DNA from: Zygophlyctis sp. KS116
Taxonomy: Eukaryota > Fungi > Chytridiomycota
NCBI GenBank assembly: GCA_054661495.1
Contig: BAAFSQ010000001.1
Span: 1-32,000 of the forward strand
Length of the DNA stretch: 32,000 nt
Reading direction: 5' to 3'
Part shown: in pieces, positions 1-15,038 of the stretch
How the letters are laid out: each line of letters begins with the position of its first letter
How positions within the stretch are numbered: position 1 is the stretch's first letter
Position numbers and translations under genes: made by a program
The notes under the pieces: generated by a model
The model's database searches: none
What the model was told of the DNA's origin: nothing
The model's input: only the letters and a program-made list of their open reading frames with translations

Positions 1-357
1 CCCTGGTCTTATAATCCAAACCATTGACTGAGTGAATAGAAATGCAAAGAGTTTCCTAGCATTGGGAAAAGCAAAGTCCAGATATTCTTTTTCCCCACCA
101 GATACTGGTCTCATTGTTCCTAGTTCGCAGTAAGCAAGAACACCAAAGAGAGAAACGATTGCGCCCATGACAAACAGTAGAATTGTGAGACCTACAGAGT
201 TATTTAGCTCTACAACAACTAATCCAGGGACAGAGAAAATTCCTGATCCAATTAGCATTCCAACACACAGCATAATACCATCGAAGCGAGATAAATTGCG
301 ATCTAAATTCCTGTTAGTGTCTAAAATTGCAGAGCCCGATGGATTATTAGGAGCCAT
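1..357 (-). CDS. APC-superfamily (LAT/Mup1-like) amino acid permease, 5' part; runs off the window edge
   Basis: Not in the ORF track. Minus-strand ATG at 357 reads MAPNNPSGSAILDTNRNLDRNLSRFDGIMLCVGMLIGSGIFSVPGLVV...LAYCELGTMRPVSGGEKEYLDFAF...WIIRPG. GSGIF and ELGT-x-x-P-x-SGGE-x-x-YL are LAT-family motifs. Confidence 0.88.
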   Translation of the reverse strand, partial: MAPNNPSGSAILDTNRNLDRNLSRFDGIMLCVGMLIGSGIFSVPGLVVVELNNSVGLTILLFVMGAIVSLFGVLAYCELGTMRPVSGGEKEYLDFAFPNARKLFAFLFTQSMVWIIRPG

Positions 358-618
358 AGTGTCTAACAAAGACGTGTTCGGACTTTTTCCGAAAAATTGC
401 CGGAGCCCAAGCTGACCGCCCAATGCAGTTGGGTGTGTTTTTAACTAGAAATATATAAAACTTTAACAGTATTGGCACTTGATAAAGTCTAAAATTCAAA
501 AGATTTGCAAAACCAAAGTGAATTGATTGATCAATTATTGTACAATCGGCGAAATTTGTAATTCTCCGTAGCATTTTTAGGAAAATCACTGCGTAAACAA
601 GGGGGACCTTGTAAGACT

Positions 619-2699
619 ATGCAGAAAGAGGGTTTAGAAACATCGCAGATATCCTTTTCACTACAAAAACACTTGTTTAATCAGTATAATAATTGGTTGT
701 TGCGTTTTAAAAGCTCGCGTGAATCAGTATTGAAATTTATAAAACCTCTTGATTATAGTCAAGGAATGCATTTAGAAACTGAAATTCTGGCAAAGATGTC
801 GATTCAGGAAACAGCGACGCTACAGACCGTGTCCGAAGAAGATTTTGCAGATTTAGAATCCAAAACTGTTGAAAATACTGAAATTTTAGATTCAGTTGGA
901 ATATCAGAGTTTAATAAAGGTAACTTTTGCATGCATTGATTATTTAGTCGTAAAGGGATTTAATAATTTGGAAATTGAAACTGAAATTGATGATCCTGAA
1001 AAGAATCTTTGGATAAGAGATTCTCAAATTACTCTCAAAAATGAATCTTCATTTATAGATCCAAACGATGAGAGTATTCAAGATTTGACGCCAAATGCAT
1101 CTCAAAATGTTATTCCTAGGTTCTTTAATCCTTTTGGTAAACACGTACATACAAAATCCTTGTGTGACAATATAATTGTAAGATGATTCCTTTAATAGTA
1201 TAAAAGGCGTCGGTAGAATCAATATATAAAGAAAAGTCTGAAAGTGTTGAAGAATTTGAAGGGCTTAATGAATCTGATTTTCTTAATGTTACGATGGCTT
1301 GTGGATTGCCAAGATATCTAAATAAGAGTTTGTTTGTGAGATGTGGAGGGACTGAAAGTAATTCTCTGATTATATTTGAAGTTTTTAAAATGTAGATTTT
1401 TTAAAATTTAATTAAAATAGAATATGGGAGTCACTCTATATGCATTATCCTAATGAACAAGCTTTGGCATTTGGAGTTATTAAAGAATCTAATTCATCGT
1501 GTATAACTCCGAAAGATATTGATATTGTCGTTAAATGTAGATTTTGATTTTAATTATATGTAGATGTCGTTGAAACTCATCCTGCTCTTGATTTTTTGGA
1601 TACTATGGAAAACTTTCAAGTGAAATATGGTAATTATATTCAACTTAAATTTAGTGGAAACTGTTACAAGTAGAATCTTTTTTGAGAAAAGGCATAATTG
1701 GACTAATGAAATGACTTTTTCTGAATTTACTAATTCTAATATTCTTGATCTAATTAAAAACCTAGAGTCTGTAGAGGATATGAATTCGGTAATATTTGAA
1801 TGATTAATTAAAAAGATTCTAGATCCTTTTTCCTATAAACATTTTTATGTCATTTACTGTAAATTTTGGGAATTGGACTCCAATAATTCCATGTTCATTG
1901 ATGAATCATCCTTGAAAACATTTGATTGCGGTAGTCTTACAACTAGAATGGTGTCTCGTGTAATTCAAGGTTGTGGACTTGGCAGGAATCCATCAAAGCC
2001 CGGATGTATGACATACAAGGAATTCATTCCGTTTATAATTGCCTCTGAAGCTAAATCAACTATTCCTAGTATTGAATATTGGTTTAGATGTCTGGATACT
2101 GATGGCGATGGAGTCATCTCTCTTCATGAATTATATTGGTTTTGGGAAGAACAATTTGATAGAATGACCATGTCAATGATGAGCGAACCCTGGAAATTTG
2201 ACGATTTTGTCTGCAATTTGTATATTTTAATACTAACAATTAGGATAGATTTAGTTAAACCTGCAAAAGAAAGTTGTTTTACCCTTCAAGATCTTAAAAA
2301 TTGTGGTGCTCCTGGATTGTTTCTTGATATGATTTTCGACCTTAGAAAGTATGATAATCATATTCGACGAATCGATCCAATGTTTAGAGAGCTTGATGAT
2401 ATTACCATTACAGACTCTACGGGGGATAAAATCAGTCTAAGGTAGTTTAGGTTGATTTAATGGGAAGTGGTTGGAATAAATACGCTTATCGAGCGTACGA
2501 AGAGTTATCGAGCGAAGAGAACTCAGAGGCTCAAGCAGAATATGATGATTTTACGGATTCCCGTGATAATTATTTCTGGGGAGAGAAGGATGATTTTACT
2601 GACATTCAAATTGAATCCAGTGAAGCAATTTTTGAAGCTATATCAAATAATACACAATCACCCGACTCAAACGCTGCATCTACGATCGTGAGTGCTTGA
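619..2699 (+). CDS. PP2A regulatory subunit B'' (PR72/PPP2R3 family, EF-hand), ~621 aa, 9 exons
   Basis: Introns at 920-947, 1178-1206, 1392-1420, 1537-1563, 1630-1654, 1789-1815, 2220-2243 and 2442-2467. The spliced product contains VVETHPALDFL, FSYKHFYVIYCKFWELD, SIEYWFRCLDTDGDGVISLHEL and WNKYAYRAYEEL. Confidence 0.92.
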
Positions 2700-2744
2700 A
2701 GATTTTTTGTATGTACATAATTTAGATAATAGAATTATCATAAC

Positions 2745-3346
2745 TTAATTACTTGAGGGATCAGTAAAAACTGAAGAAATCCATTCTAAAACTTCTTTTT
2801 GGTCATCATCAAACTCCACCACACTTTTTCTCTTCCCCTCTTGATTCTTGTTGACATTTTCTCCCAATGTTTTACTCATAGCCTTTACTAACCGTTAAAT
2901 GAAGATCACTTACCAGCTGCGAAAAGAATTATCTGCAATTGATCAGTATCCAATCTCGTTGACTCTGACAAATCATACAGTTCAAATGCAAACTTGAGCT
3001 GCTCCGAACATGAATCATTTAAGAGTAAACATAATCCCCTCACGAATATCCTCTCGTCAACAAGATTATGTATAGCCATTTGATCAAAGAATTGATGAAT
3101 GAATGATGAGTCTTTCAATTCAACTTTGTCCCAAATAGGCTCAAAGTCCGTCCAATTTAATTGTTTGGTCCCTTTGATTGCAGACACTCTGGACATTAAT
3201 TCATTCTGAAAATACCGATCTACTGCATCTCTTATCTCAAGTATTTGAGGCCGAGTTACTATTGATTACTGATATAACTTCATCTTACAAAAGAATCCAG
3301 GATTAGAATAGATAATTCGATTTCTTTTGGATATAAATCCTCCCAT
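2745..3346 (-). CDS. N-myristoylated EF-hand protein (NCS/recoverin/calcineurin B-like), ~181 aa
   Basis: ATG at 3346 gives MGGFISK (MGxxxS myristoylation pattern). Introns at 3259-3288 and 2888-2913. EQLKFAFELYDLSESTRLDTDQL resembles the NCS EF3 region. Confidence 0.7.
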
Positions 3347-3411
3347 AGCAAAATATATACGTCACTCATATAAACAAATGTGCAATCTACAAGATTATTA
3401 TTAGATTTCAA

Positions 3412-5206
3412 CTACAAAGGATATATAGCATCCTCCCTACATATTAATTTAGGATGAATTTACCATAACGAACTGATATCAAGTCTTTGTTCACCAAACC
3501 ATGAGTCATCCAACTCCAAATATTTATTTTGAACACATTGACAGCTTTCCAGTGCATATACTTTTTTAAACTTGCTCTTTGATGGAATATTTCTGAGAAA
3601 GGATTCCACGCACGTAGAACTAATCAGGCTACATTTTTTGATTGAGAGATATTCCAAATTAGGACAGAACTGGAAGATCCGGCAGAGAAACTTTTCGTCT
3701 GCAAGAGTATGATTGAGAGAAAGTGATTTAATACAAGAAAAAAATCCTCTAATTAAACATGAATAGAGAAATTCAGAGCTTAAAGAATTTTGTCCGAATA
3801 AGTTTAGTGTGGAAATTCCCAATTTAGAGTCATAATTAGGATTTACCAAACTAGACAATATTGTCTCTGCAATGCCTTCATTTAATTCTCCAATAGGATC
3901 ATTAGGATCCTTATGTAAATCAAGTGTATTAAGCTGCCTCTTGTATAATAGCTTTGCAAAGCCATCTCCAGTCATTGAAGTACATCTTGTAACCGCCATA
4001 ATTTTAAGATTTGTACAGTCATAAAAAGATTCAATTGTTTTATCTGACAATTTAGAAGTAACATCTGAAATTTCAGGTGGATCTTCAAAAACTACACGAA
4101 TCATTTTTAGATTAGAACAAAGAGGCGTCAAGCTTTGAAACTGGATTTAGATTATTAAAAATTACCAATTCATCAGTGACTGCACAATCTACAAATCGTA
4201 AAGTTTCTAATAAACCTTGTTTCTTTACTAAAGCACTTGTCAATGCACCATTTAGTCCCGCAAACCCCAAGAATTTCAAATTGTTTAATCCGTTCCATAT
4301 AATAGAAACAGATTCCATAGTTATCCCAAAGCAGTAATCTAAAACAATACATTCTAATTTTGTACAATTATTTACCAAATTCAAGATGGCATCATCACTA
4401 CCAGAAGGAATCCCATCCAACCTCAAGGCTTTTAAATTTGGTAAATTTTGGGATAATACATCCAAAACTCCTTTTGTAGTAAAAAAAGGTTCCAATTCTC
4501 CTGAAGCTTCTATTGTTAAATGTAACAGATGAGATCCATAATGAGATAATAAATTTATAAGCGGTTTGAATACAATTTTAGATAGATCTTCAATTATTAG
4601 TGAGTGAAGACTTTGAAAATTGGATGCAATAGACTCTAGAACCTTTGGTTTTAAAAAAGGAATCCATTTTTCGTCGTGAGGAGGATGATAAAACGTAACC
4701 TTTTTCAAATTGGGCATAAACTGCAAAATTTTAAGGAATTTTAGATTGAATCCATCAGAAGGAATTGCTAAATTTTTGACAAATTTCCCATATCCTTGAC
4801 TATATAGAGGCTGCTTTTGTAGCTTCTTTCCTTCACAGTTTAGGGCAAAGTCTACGTCTAGGTCCAATGGCTCTGATATACGTTGTAGCAACGAATGCAA
4901 GTGGTGATCTTGATTTTGAATCAGCATCATAATTTCCTGTAATGTTTCATGTGCATCTTGAGACTCTTGCAATGATAAATCCTTTAAAATTTTTATAAAA
5001 TTTTCATTTTGTGAATCGTTTTCCAGCGCTGAATTTACAACATTTTGACAAAAAAGTTGAAAAGAATTCAAATTTAGAAAAATGTTTCTGTACAAATTAG
5101 GTCGCAGGAGCCGAAAAAATCTCTTATTTACAGTCAAGAGAGCCTTAAAGTCTCTTTTGTTCGTATGCTCTGATATCTTCAGCCAAAGTTCTGGCGGCAA
5201 ATTCAT
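3412..5206 (-). CDS. F-box / leucine-rich repeat protein, ~580 aa
   Basis: N-terminal F-box MNLPPELWLKISEH...LLTVNKRFFRLLRPNLYRNI, followed by cysteine-containing LRRs (NCTKLECIVLDYCFGIT, FCPNLEYLSIKKCSLIS). Intron 4141-4165 joins the two track ORFs. A probable last intron at 3437-3463 gives the end WEDAIYPL*; otherwise the stop is at 3460. Confidence 0.85.
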
Positions 5207-5337
5207 AGGGTTTCTGGTAAGGTTCAATCAACATGTGATTGATGGTCTCAAAGAGCCGCACTATGGGAGGAAAAATAGGATTCTTAAACTTTTGTTAAAA
5301 ATACTATTTTCATCTGATTTATATTAGTAATTAGCAT

Positions 5338-6678
5338 TCAAGCAGTAAATACCCTCGCAAGTCCAGGATGCAAAGTCACAAATATCTTTTCATAAGGTAC
5401 TACTTCACCACTAATATTTAAGGTCCCTTTATTAGAAGGTCGGGAACATTTGTTGTATACAAAAGATCCAGGCTCTAAAATCATTCATAAATGTAAAATA
5501 CCTAAAACAAAAGATTTGGCCCTTATATTCGAAATTTCAGGTCTATTTATCCATTCTCCGTTATTAGGATTTAATAGAATAGATAATCCTTGAAAAGATG
5601 AAAGTTTATTAGACCATATCAATTGCATACTTCCAGAATTTAGTGATTCACTGGAGACTTTAAAGTCTTTTGATAACCAAGAGTAATTTGACCCAATAAA
5701 TAGCTTGAAATCTCCTTGTACACGAATAGGCCAACTATGGTAGTCTGTAGGAATACTAGAAATTTCATTTATATCTTTACTATTTAAAGATGAGTTTGAT
5801 GACTCTATTGGAAGAATATAAAGAGTTCCAGTGTATGTTCTAAACTTTATCAGTCTGATCAAGGCTGCAACTGTAAATCTTTCACTTCCCAACCACCGAT
5901 AGGCTTCTGATTCAGTATCTAAATCTGCAATTAATCCCCATACAACTGATAAGTGAGAGAAACTGATCCCATGATTTGGTTGATAGTATGAAAAAATATC
6001 TAAAGGAGTCGTTTTACCATTTAAAATCGCAAGAAAAGCTCTTTCTGGACTATTCAAATTCAGATTTTGAGACATTGCATTTCCCGTTCCTGCTCCAATT
6101 ATTCCTATTGGAGTATTTCGTACAGTACTCCAATCTTTTCTAGTTAATAGCCCATTGATAATTTCATGAAACACTCCATCACCAGATATAGTAACTATTC
6201 CTGAATATTTATCAAAGTCCAAATTATGTGCTATAGATGTTGCATGTTTTGCATGACTTGTTTCAACAAGCTCGTACGGTAAACAGCTGATTGTAATTAG
6301 AGGTTTTATCAGACGATTGTATAATTTAGAAGCTGCTCTGGTGCCACCAAATGGATTTAGAACAAAAAGGATCGGATTTCGTTGACTGAATTTTGGAATT
6401 GATGGCTTAATAGAGTCAATCTTTGCAAATATTTGATGAATGAGATCCTGATCTGTCAAGTAAGTCAAAAGCAAATAATTTCCATCCTTTTGAACCTTTA
6501 AATATTCCAATGTTCTGTAGAGAATTGACGAATTTCCCTTTCCGGTGCTATTTATCGGCTGATCAAAGCTATGAATAGAAATGATTTGATCGCAGGATAA
6601 TTTGGCTTCGGTCCACTCTATCTGTGGAGTAAAATTAAGATTTCCCTTCTTTCCCAATGTGCTCCAAATAACATTCAT
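5338..6678 (-). CDS. Sphingosine/long-chain-base kinase (DAGK catalytic family, Lcb4/5-like), ~437 aa
   Basis: Motifs NPFGG, SGDGVFHEIINGL, GAGTGNAM and WGLIADLDTESEAYRWLG. Intron 5475-5501 adds the last exon ...LNISGEVVPYEKIFVTLHPGLARVFTA*. Confidence 0.92.
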
Positions 6679-6797
6679 TTTTGCGTTTAATTGTTTGGAC
6701 TTGCGTTGGATCAATCGCTAATTACTATTCATCAGTAGCTGAATATCCTGGTTTAATTTTAATGCTTAATTTATTACATGCAAAGTATTTAGTTAAT

Positions 6798-9700
6798 TCA
6801 TAGTCCGATAGTTTTTCTTAAAATTGCATCAGCATCTCTTTCTTCTCCTTCAGTCTCTAACCATGATAAATTACTTCCTGTATTTGAGTCTAAAATATCT
6901 GATAGTCTTTCTTCAACAGTGTCACTCATGATATATCTCCAAACAAAGGTATTTTTGGTTTGTCCGATACGGTGAATACGATTAATTGCTTCATTTTAGG
7001 GATTTTAATTATACCTTGTTTATCGAGACCACTTAAAACCGGTTCAATAATGAAAACATGAGATGCAGCAACAAGTGTCAGACCACTACTCTGAGATTTA
7101 GAGTTTAAAAGAAATGCAGAAATGTTGGGATTGTTTTGGAATTCAACTGCAGACTTTCCTTTATGCATCCTCTTTTTACTAGAGTGCTCTATACGAATCC
7201 ATGAAATTCGATTAAGATCAAGAGATTTAGTCATGATTTCAAGAACCTGTTCCCACTGCGAAAATATTAAAACCTTTACTAAAGGATCAATTGATTTCAG
7301 GTGTATAATATGTTTTACAATTGTATCTAATTTGGTTCCAAATGATTCAGACAGATTTATAGCAGAAAGATCTTTAAGCAAGGAATCAAACTCAGTACAC
7401 CTTTTTTTACGAGGCTGCTTTTTATCTTGATATTTAGATGCTAAAAAAGTAGACATATCTGCAACTGTTGCTTTCTATACATCATCAACTTTTACATTAC
7501 CTGATTACATAAAGGGCATTTATGATGACGAACTAACCACATGGTAATACATTCTTTGCAAAAAAAGTGGCCACATGGGAGAATTGCTCGCTCCTCCATT
7601 GTGGTTTTACATATGCCACATTCCAAATCTTTGGTGTCCTCTTGTTCTTTCTCGTCTTCATCCAATAAGTTTTCTAAATATCGTTTTCGGCCCATATCAG
7701 AGGTATATGATATCTGCAATTTGTTTAAACGATCCTTCAAGGAATTTTCCAACGCATCCAAGTCCAGTGGTCGATCTAATGGAAAAACTCCATCTGAAAG
7801 CTTCTGAAGTCGAATATAGTAATCTCTTCTATGCTCTAAAACGTCCGAAATATTCTTCATCTCAATTTCCAATTTTCGTAAAAGTTTTTGCTGCAAATCA
7901 TAACGATGAGTAAACTCATTATACGCCGATAAGCAAATCTGAGATTCCAAAGCTGGAACATCAGTCCTTTTGGAGAAGGTGTTCATTTCAGATATTAACA
8001 GACGAAGACCTTTTTCATTATTGCCTAGAATGTATTGCAATCGCTTTGAATCTAATGGTTCAAAATGATGATCATTTTTAAAGTTTGAGTTATCATAGCG
8101 GCCAGAAATCGAACCTTTATTAGCATTTTCCAGCTCTCCACGTTCAGTTCTATCTCCTGTAAGTAATACTGTTCGATCATATAGCAAACGCCGATAACAG
8201 TATATTTGAGTGGCTAATTTTTCTTGGTTATTCAATCCTTTATCATATTCATCTCCTGTGGGAGCCTTAACATCTTCCTCTGGATCTTGGGCATCTTCAA
8301 GAGGCTTTGTAACTGATTCAATTATTGAAAACCGCCATTCATCAAGCAAATCCCATTGATGATTAAGATTTTCAGACACATGTCGAACCTTTTCAAATAA
8401 GGTTGCACAACGAATGCCGCCCGTGTATTTTTCTGTAGGTAAATAAACAGCAAATTCATTTTTTGGTCCACGAGCTTCTGAAGCAATAGAATCAGCGAAT
8501 GAATATATTTTTTCATTTAGAATCTTAATATTTGCTTCATCTGCTCCCAATATCTTACGACGAATATCTGTTGCAACTTTATAGTTTAGTTCTTCCTTTT
8601 CTGCAAATTCCGGAAATTTTGGCTGCAAGCTGGTTTCTGAATATGATGCCATGGTGTGATAACATGCACCAATAAAGAAATATACACGATGTTTAAGTTC
8701 TAGCCATAGGTCTAACCTTATTTTTAACATTGTAATGCGGTCGATATTTTCTTTCATGGCCTGTTCTTTTGATATATCCATATCCGCTATTTTATTTTGT
8801 TCAACTTTGATTTGCAATTCCTTTTTTAATTCTGAATTTATATCATGAAGAGCCAATTCTATTTCTTTTAAAATAGAATCATAGATTGACAATGAATGCT
8901 CAAAATTTTTCTTAAATTCATGAGCTTGGGCCAATTCGATCCTGTTTATAAGTATCAATCTCTGATGCATATACGCTTTGGTCGATGCCTGATCAACCAG
9001 AGTCTTTAAAACTTGCCGCATAGTCCTTAATTGACTTCCTAATACATGCTGATTATGTGTTCCGATTTGAGGATGACAGCTATTGTTATTAATTAAATCT
9101 TAAAAAATACCAAGTCTGTCTTAACTGGAGCAAATAAGATCTTAGAGGAGCCAAAACGGACAATTTTGGAGTTATTCCATCCAAAATATCCTTATTTCTT
9201 GAATCATCGATAGACTTAATTTCCTGTTTACATTTTTTAAGTAATTCATGGTAATAATAGTCTTCAATTGGTGATAGACTAGTAAAAATTTTTGATTCTA
9301 ATTGTGGCGGTAGGATTAATTCATTTCTGACCAAATCCTTAAAATTTCTATGCATGATTCTCCTTAAAAAGTCCATCATTAAATCCTGATTTTTGACCAA
9401 ATAATCCCAAGATTTAGATTCTATCAGTAAACCTTCTTGATCAACAAATTTCAATAACTGTAATAAATCATAAAACCCATTTTTCCCAAAAGGAGTTCCA
9501 GAAACACCCCAAGAATGAACCCGTGGAATTCTACCAGCCATTTTTGCCGCATTTGAATTTTTACTTTTAACCATTTGAGCCTCATCCATGACAACTCTCC
9601 ACCATAATATCCCATTTAAAACTGATTTTCTAATTTCAGACTGTGATTTACTCCTTAAAACTCGATCACTCCTTTCTAAAGAAGCATAAAATTCTTTTCT

Positions 9701-10252
9701 TAAATCATCATAGCTTGTAAGTACTATATCATATTTTAATAAATCAGTAATTTTTAGATCTGATATTCCAGCTTTAAACACATAAACTGATAACTGCGAC
9801 GTATGTTTTTTGATTTCTGATTCCCATTGATATAATATTGCTGATGGTGTGACTATTAGAGTTGAATTTGATGGTATTAGTCTATGATGAGGATTATCAT
9901 CTTGTAAATAAGGAGATTGAGTTGATTTCTCTAGTAATAAATTCCCATCTTGGCACTTGTTGATTATAATCAATGCTAGTATCATTAGAGTCTTTCCCAA
10001 TCCCATTTCATCCGCTAATATTCCTCCACTTATTTTAATTTCAGGATTATAGTTTAGAGTTTCTCCTGTTAGTCTATTTACATAATATCTTCCCTTGTTT
10101 TCCCATAAAATGACTTGCGCTCGACTTGAGTCTTCCCTTGACAAACACCAAGAGACTGTTTTATTTTGGTAGTCCATCAGAGTACATGTTAGTTGTGGAG
10201 GTGGAGGGAGTAGAGGATATTCTTTAAAAGGAAGAATAGGACAATCAAACAT
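6798..10252 (-). CDS. SHPRH/Irc20-like SNF2 ATPase with RING E3 ligase, ~1123 aa
   Basis: GGILADEMGLGKT, WWRVVMDEAQMV, SGTP, LLQLRQTCCHPQIG (across intron 9080-9110), RING CGIC...CGHFFCKEC...CPLC, FSQW, and QAINRIHRIGQT (across intron 6989-7014). A third intron lies at 7475-7500. Confidence 0.92.
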
Positions 10253-10554
10253 TTATCTCAAAAAAAATGACAATTTTTAGAGTGTCAAAAACAAAAAAAA
10301 TACAAACATTTCTAAAACAAGATATGAACTTTAAAGGATGTACAAGGCCAATTATTATAAATTAATCGTTCACGCAACGCAAAAATAAATTCTTATACCC
10401 TTTTTGCAGAGTATAATATTGGATTTTTATATAGTCTTTATTTTCGGACAACTTTTTCGGCCAAGATGAAGCGCTAAATTTCATCAGTTTCTAAATCTCA
10501 ATCATTCGCGTTGAGCTATTATTATCTGTTATAAATTTCCGTCATTCATCCGTC

Positions 10555-13545
<2,991 letters not shown>

Positions 13546-13662
13546 TCTCATTGATTCAAAATTTAAAAATTGAACAGTATTTTTAGAAAAACTGTAGTGC
13601 ATTTTATGACGTCATTTGTTTACATTGATCCGCATTTTCCGTTTACATCACATTTTGTACTT

Positions 13663-14945
13663 ATGCCACACAATTTGGATGGTAATTTTATGACCTCTTC
13701 TTGTATCCAGCTACTAAATTCAATATTTGGCACTGGAATTTTAAGTGTCTCTTTTGCGATTTCAATTTTTGAAGTTTACGGACCTTTAGTGCTCATTCTT
13801 ATTGGGGCATTAACTCTACTATCTCTTTATTTATTAATCGAATCAGCAGATATAGTTTCTAAAAGGAGGTCGGCGCAATTAAAATCCTTGGAATTGTTCG
13901 AGCCTTGTTATGGAACAATCGGACATGAAGCATTTGGAATATTTGGAGAATTTATCAGCCATATTTGTATAATTATTACTAGTTTTGGAATCGCTGTAAG
14001 TTATATGATCGAAATTGGACATATACTACCAACATTTGCTCAAAACTATGGCGTGTCTATTTCTATACAAGCCAGTATTTTCATTTCGTTAATTCCTATT
14101 ATTCCAATCCTTTTAAAAGATACGTTTCAAGCATCTGCATTGTTTTCTAAAGTCGCATGGATATTTTCAATGCTACTAGTCATTAATATCTTGTATCTTC
14201 TATTTACTACTAGCCCGACAACTAGTGCAATCTCAGATAATACTCTAAATTCATTATTAGAAATACGACCTAAATCTGCCTTTACTAGTGCTATTGGAAT
14301 CCTAATTTTTAGTTTTCAGTGTCATCAGAATGTAAGATTTATTTAATCATAAAGATTTAGTTTTTCTCAGTATACAGGAATATCTATTCTCAAAATCACA
14401 AAGATCCAATGATTCTATCTAAAAAAGTTGTAAACTGGTCTATTTTCTATTCAACTCTATTATATTTTGTAATTGGTCTCAAGTCTTTTTTTCTTTTTGG
14501 AACTAAAACCCAAGTTATGATAATTGATAATTTCCCAGAATCAGCAGGACTAGAATTATTGAAATTTATATTTCTTTCAACTACCATTTGTAATATCCCG
14601 TATCAATTATTTCCATGTAAAGAATCATTGGACAGTATTTTCAAATTATCTGTAAACATACACTATAAGAAGAGTTGTAATGAGCCCAGTTTTATTGGCT
14701 TTGTCAAATTCATACTCTCAAGCGCAAGATTAAAGCTAATATCATTACTTTTATTGTTTACAGCATATTTAATCAGTATAAGTTCTATAAACTTGGAATA
14801 CACGCTCTCAGTTGTCGGAACTCTTAATATATTCATAGTATGTATTCTTCCAGGACTATTTTACCTTTTTCTCGGAAATCAGATAATTTTAAAGATTGCA
14901 GCGGGTGTTTTAGCAGCGTTTGGATTTATTCTGTTGGTGTATTAG
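13663..14945 (+). CDS. AAAP/Aa_trans (AVT/SLC38-like) amino acid transporter, divergent, ~417 aa
   Basis: LLNSIFGTGILSVSFA, FGIAVSYMIEIG, IFSFQCHQN|FFSVY (intron 14332-14360), CILPGLFY; multiple hydrophobic segments. The start Met is uncertain. Confidence 0.85.
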
Positions 14946-14951
14946 ATACTA

Positions 14952-15001
14952 GTATAAGATCGCTGGTATAAGAGTATAAGAGTAATGTATGAGTTTATGA
15001 G
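14952..15001 (+). repeat. Short intergenic direct repeats GTATAAGA x3 plus two (G/T)TATGAG variants
   Basis: GTATAAGA at 14952, 14966 and 14974; GTATGAG at 14987; TTATGAG at 14995. Confidence 0.6.
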
Positions 15002-15038
15002 TAAAACCTAGATTTAAACCTGAGCCTGCGCCTAGAAA

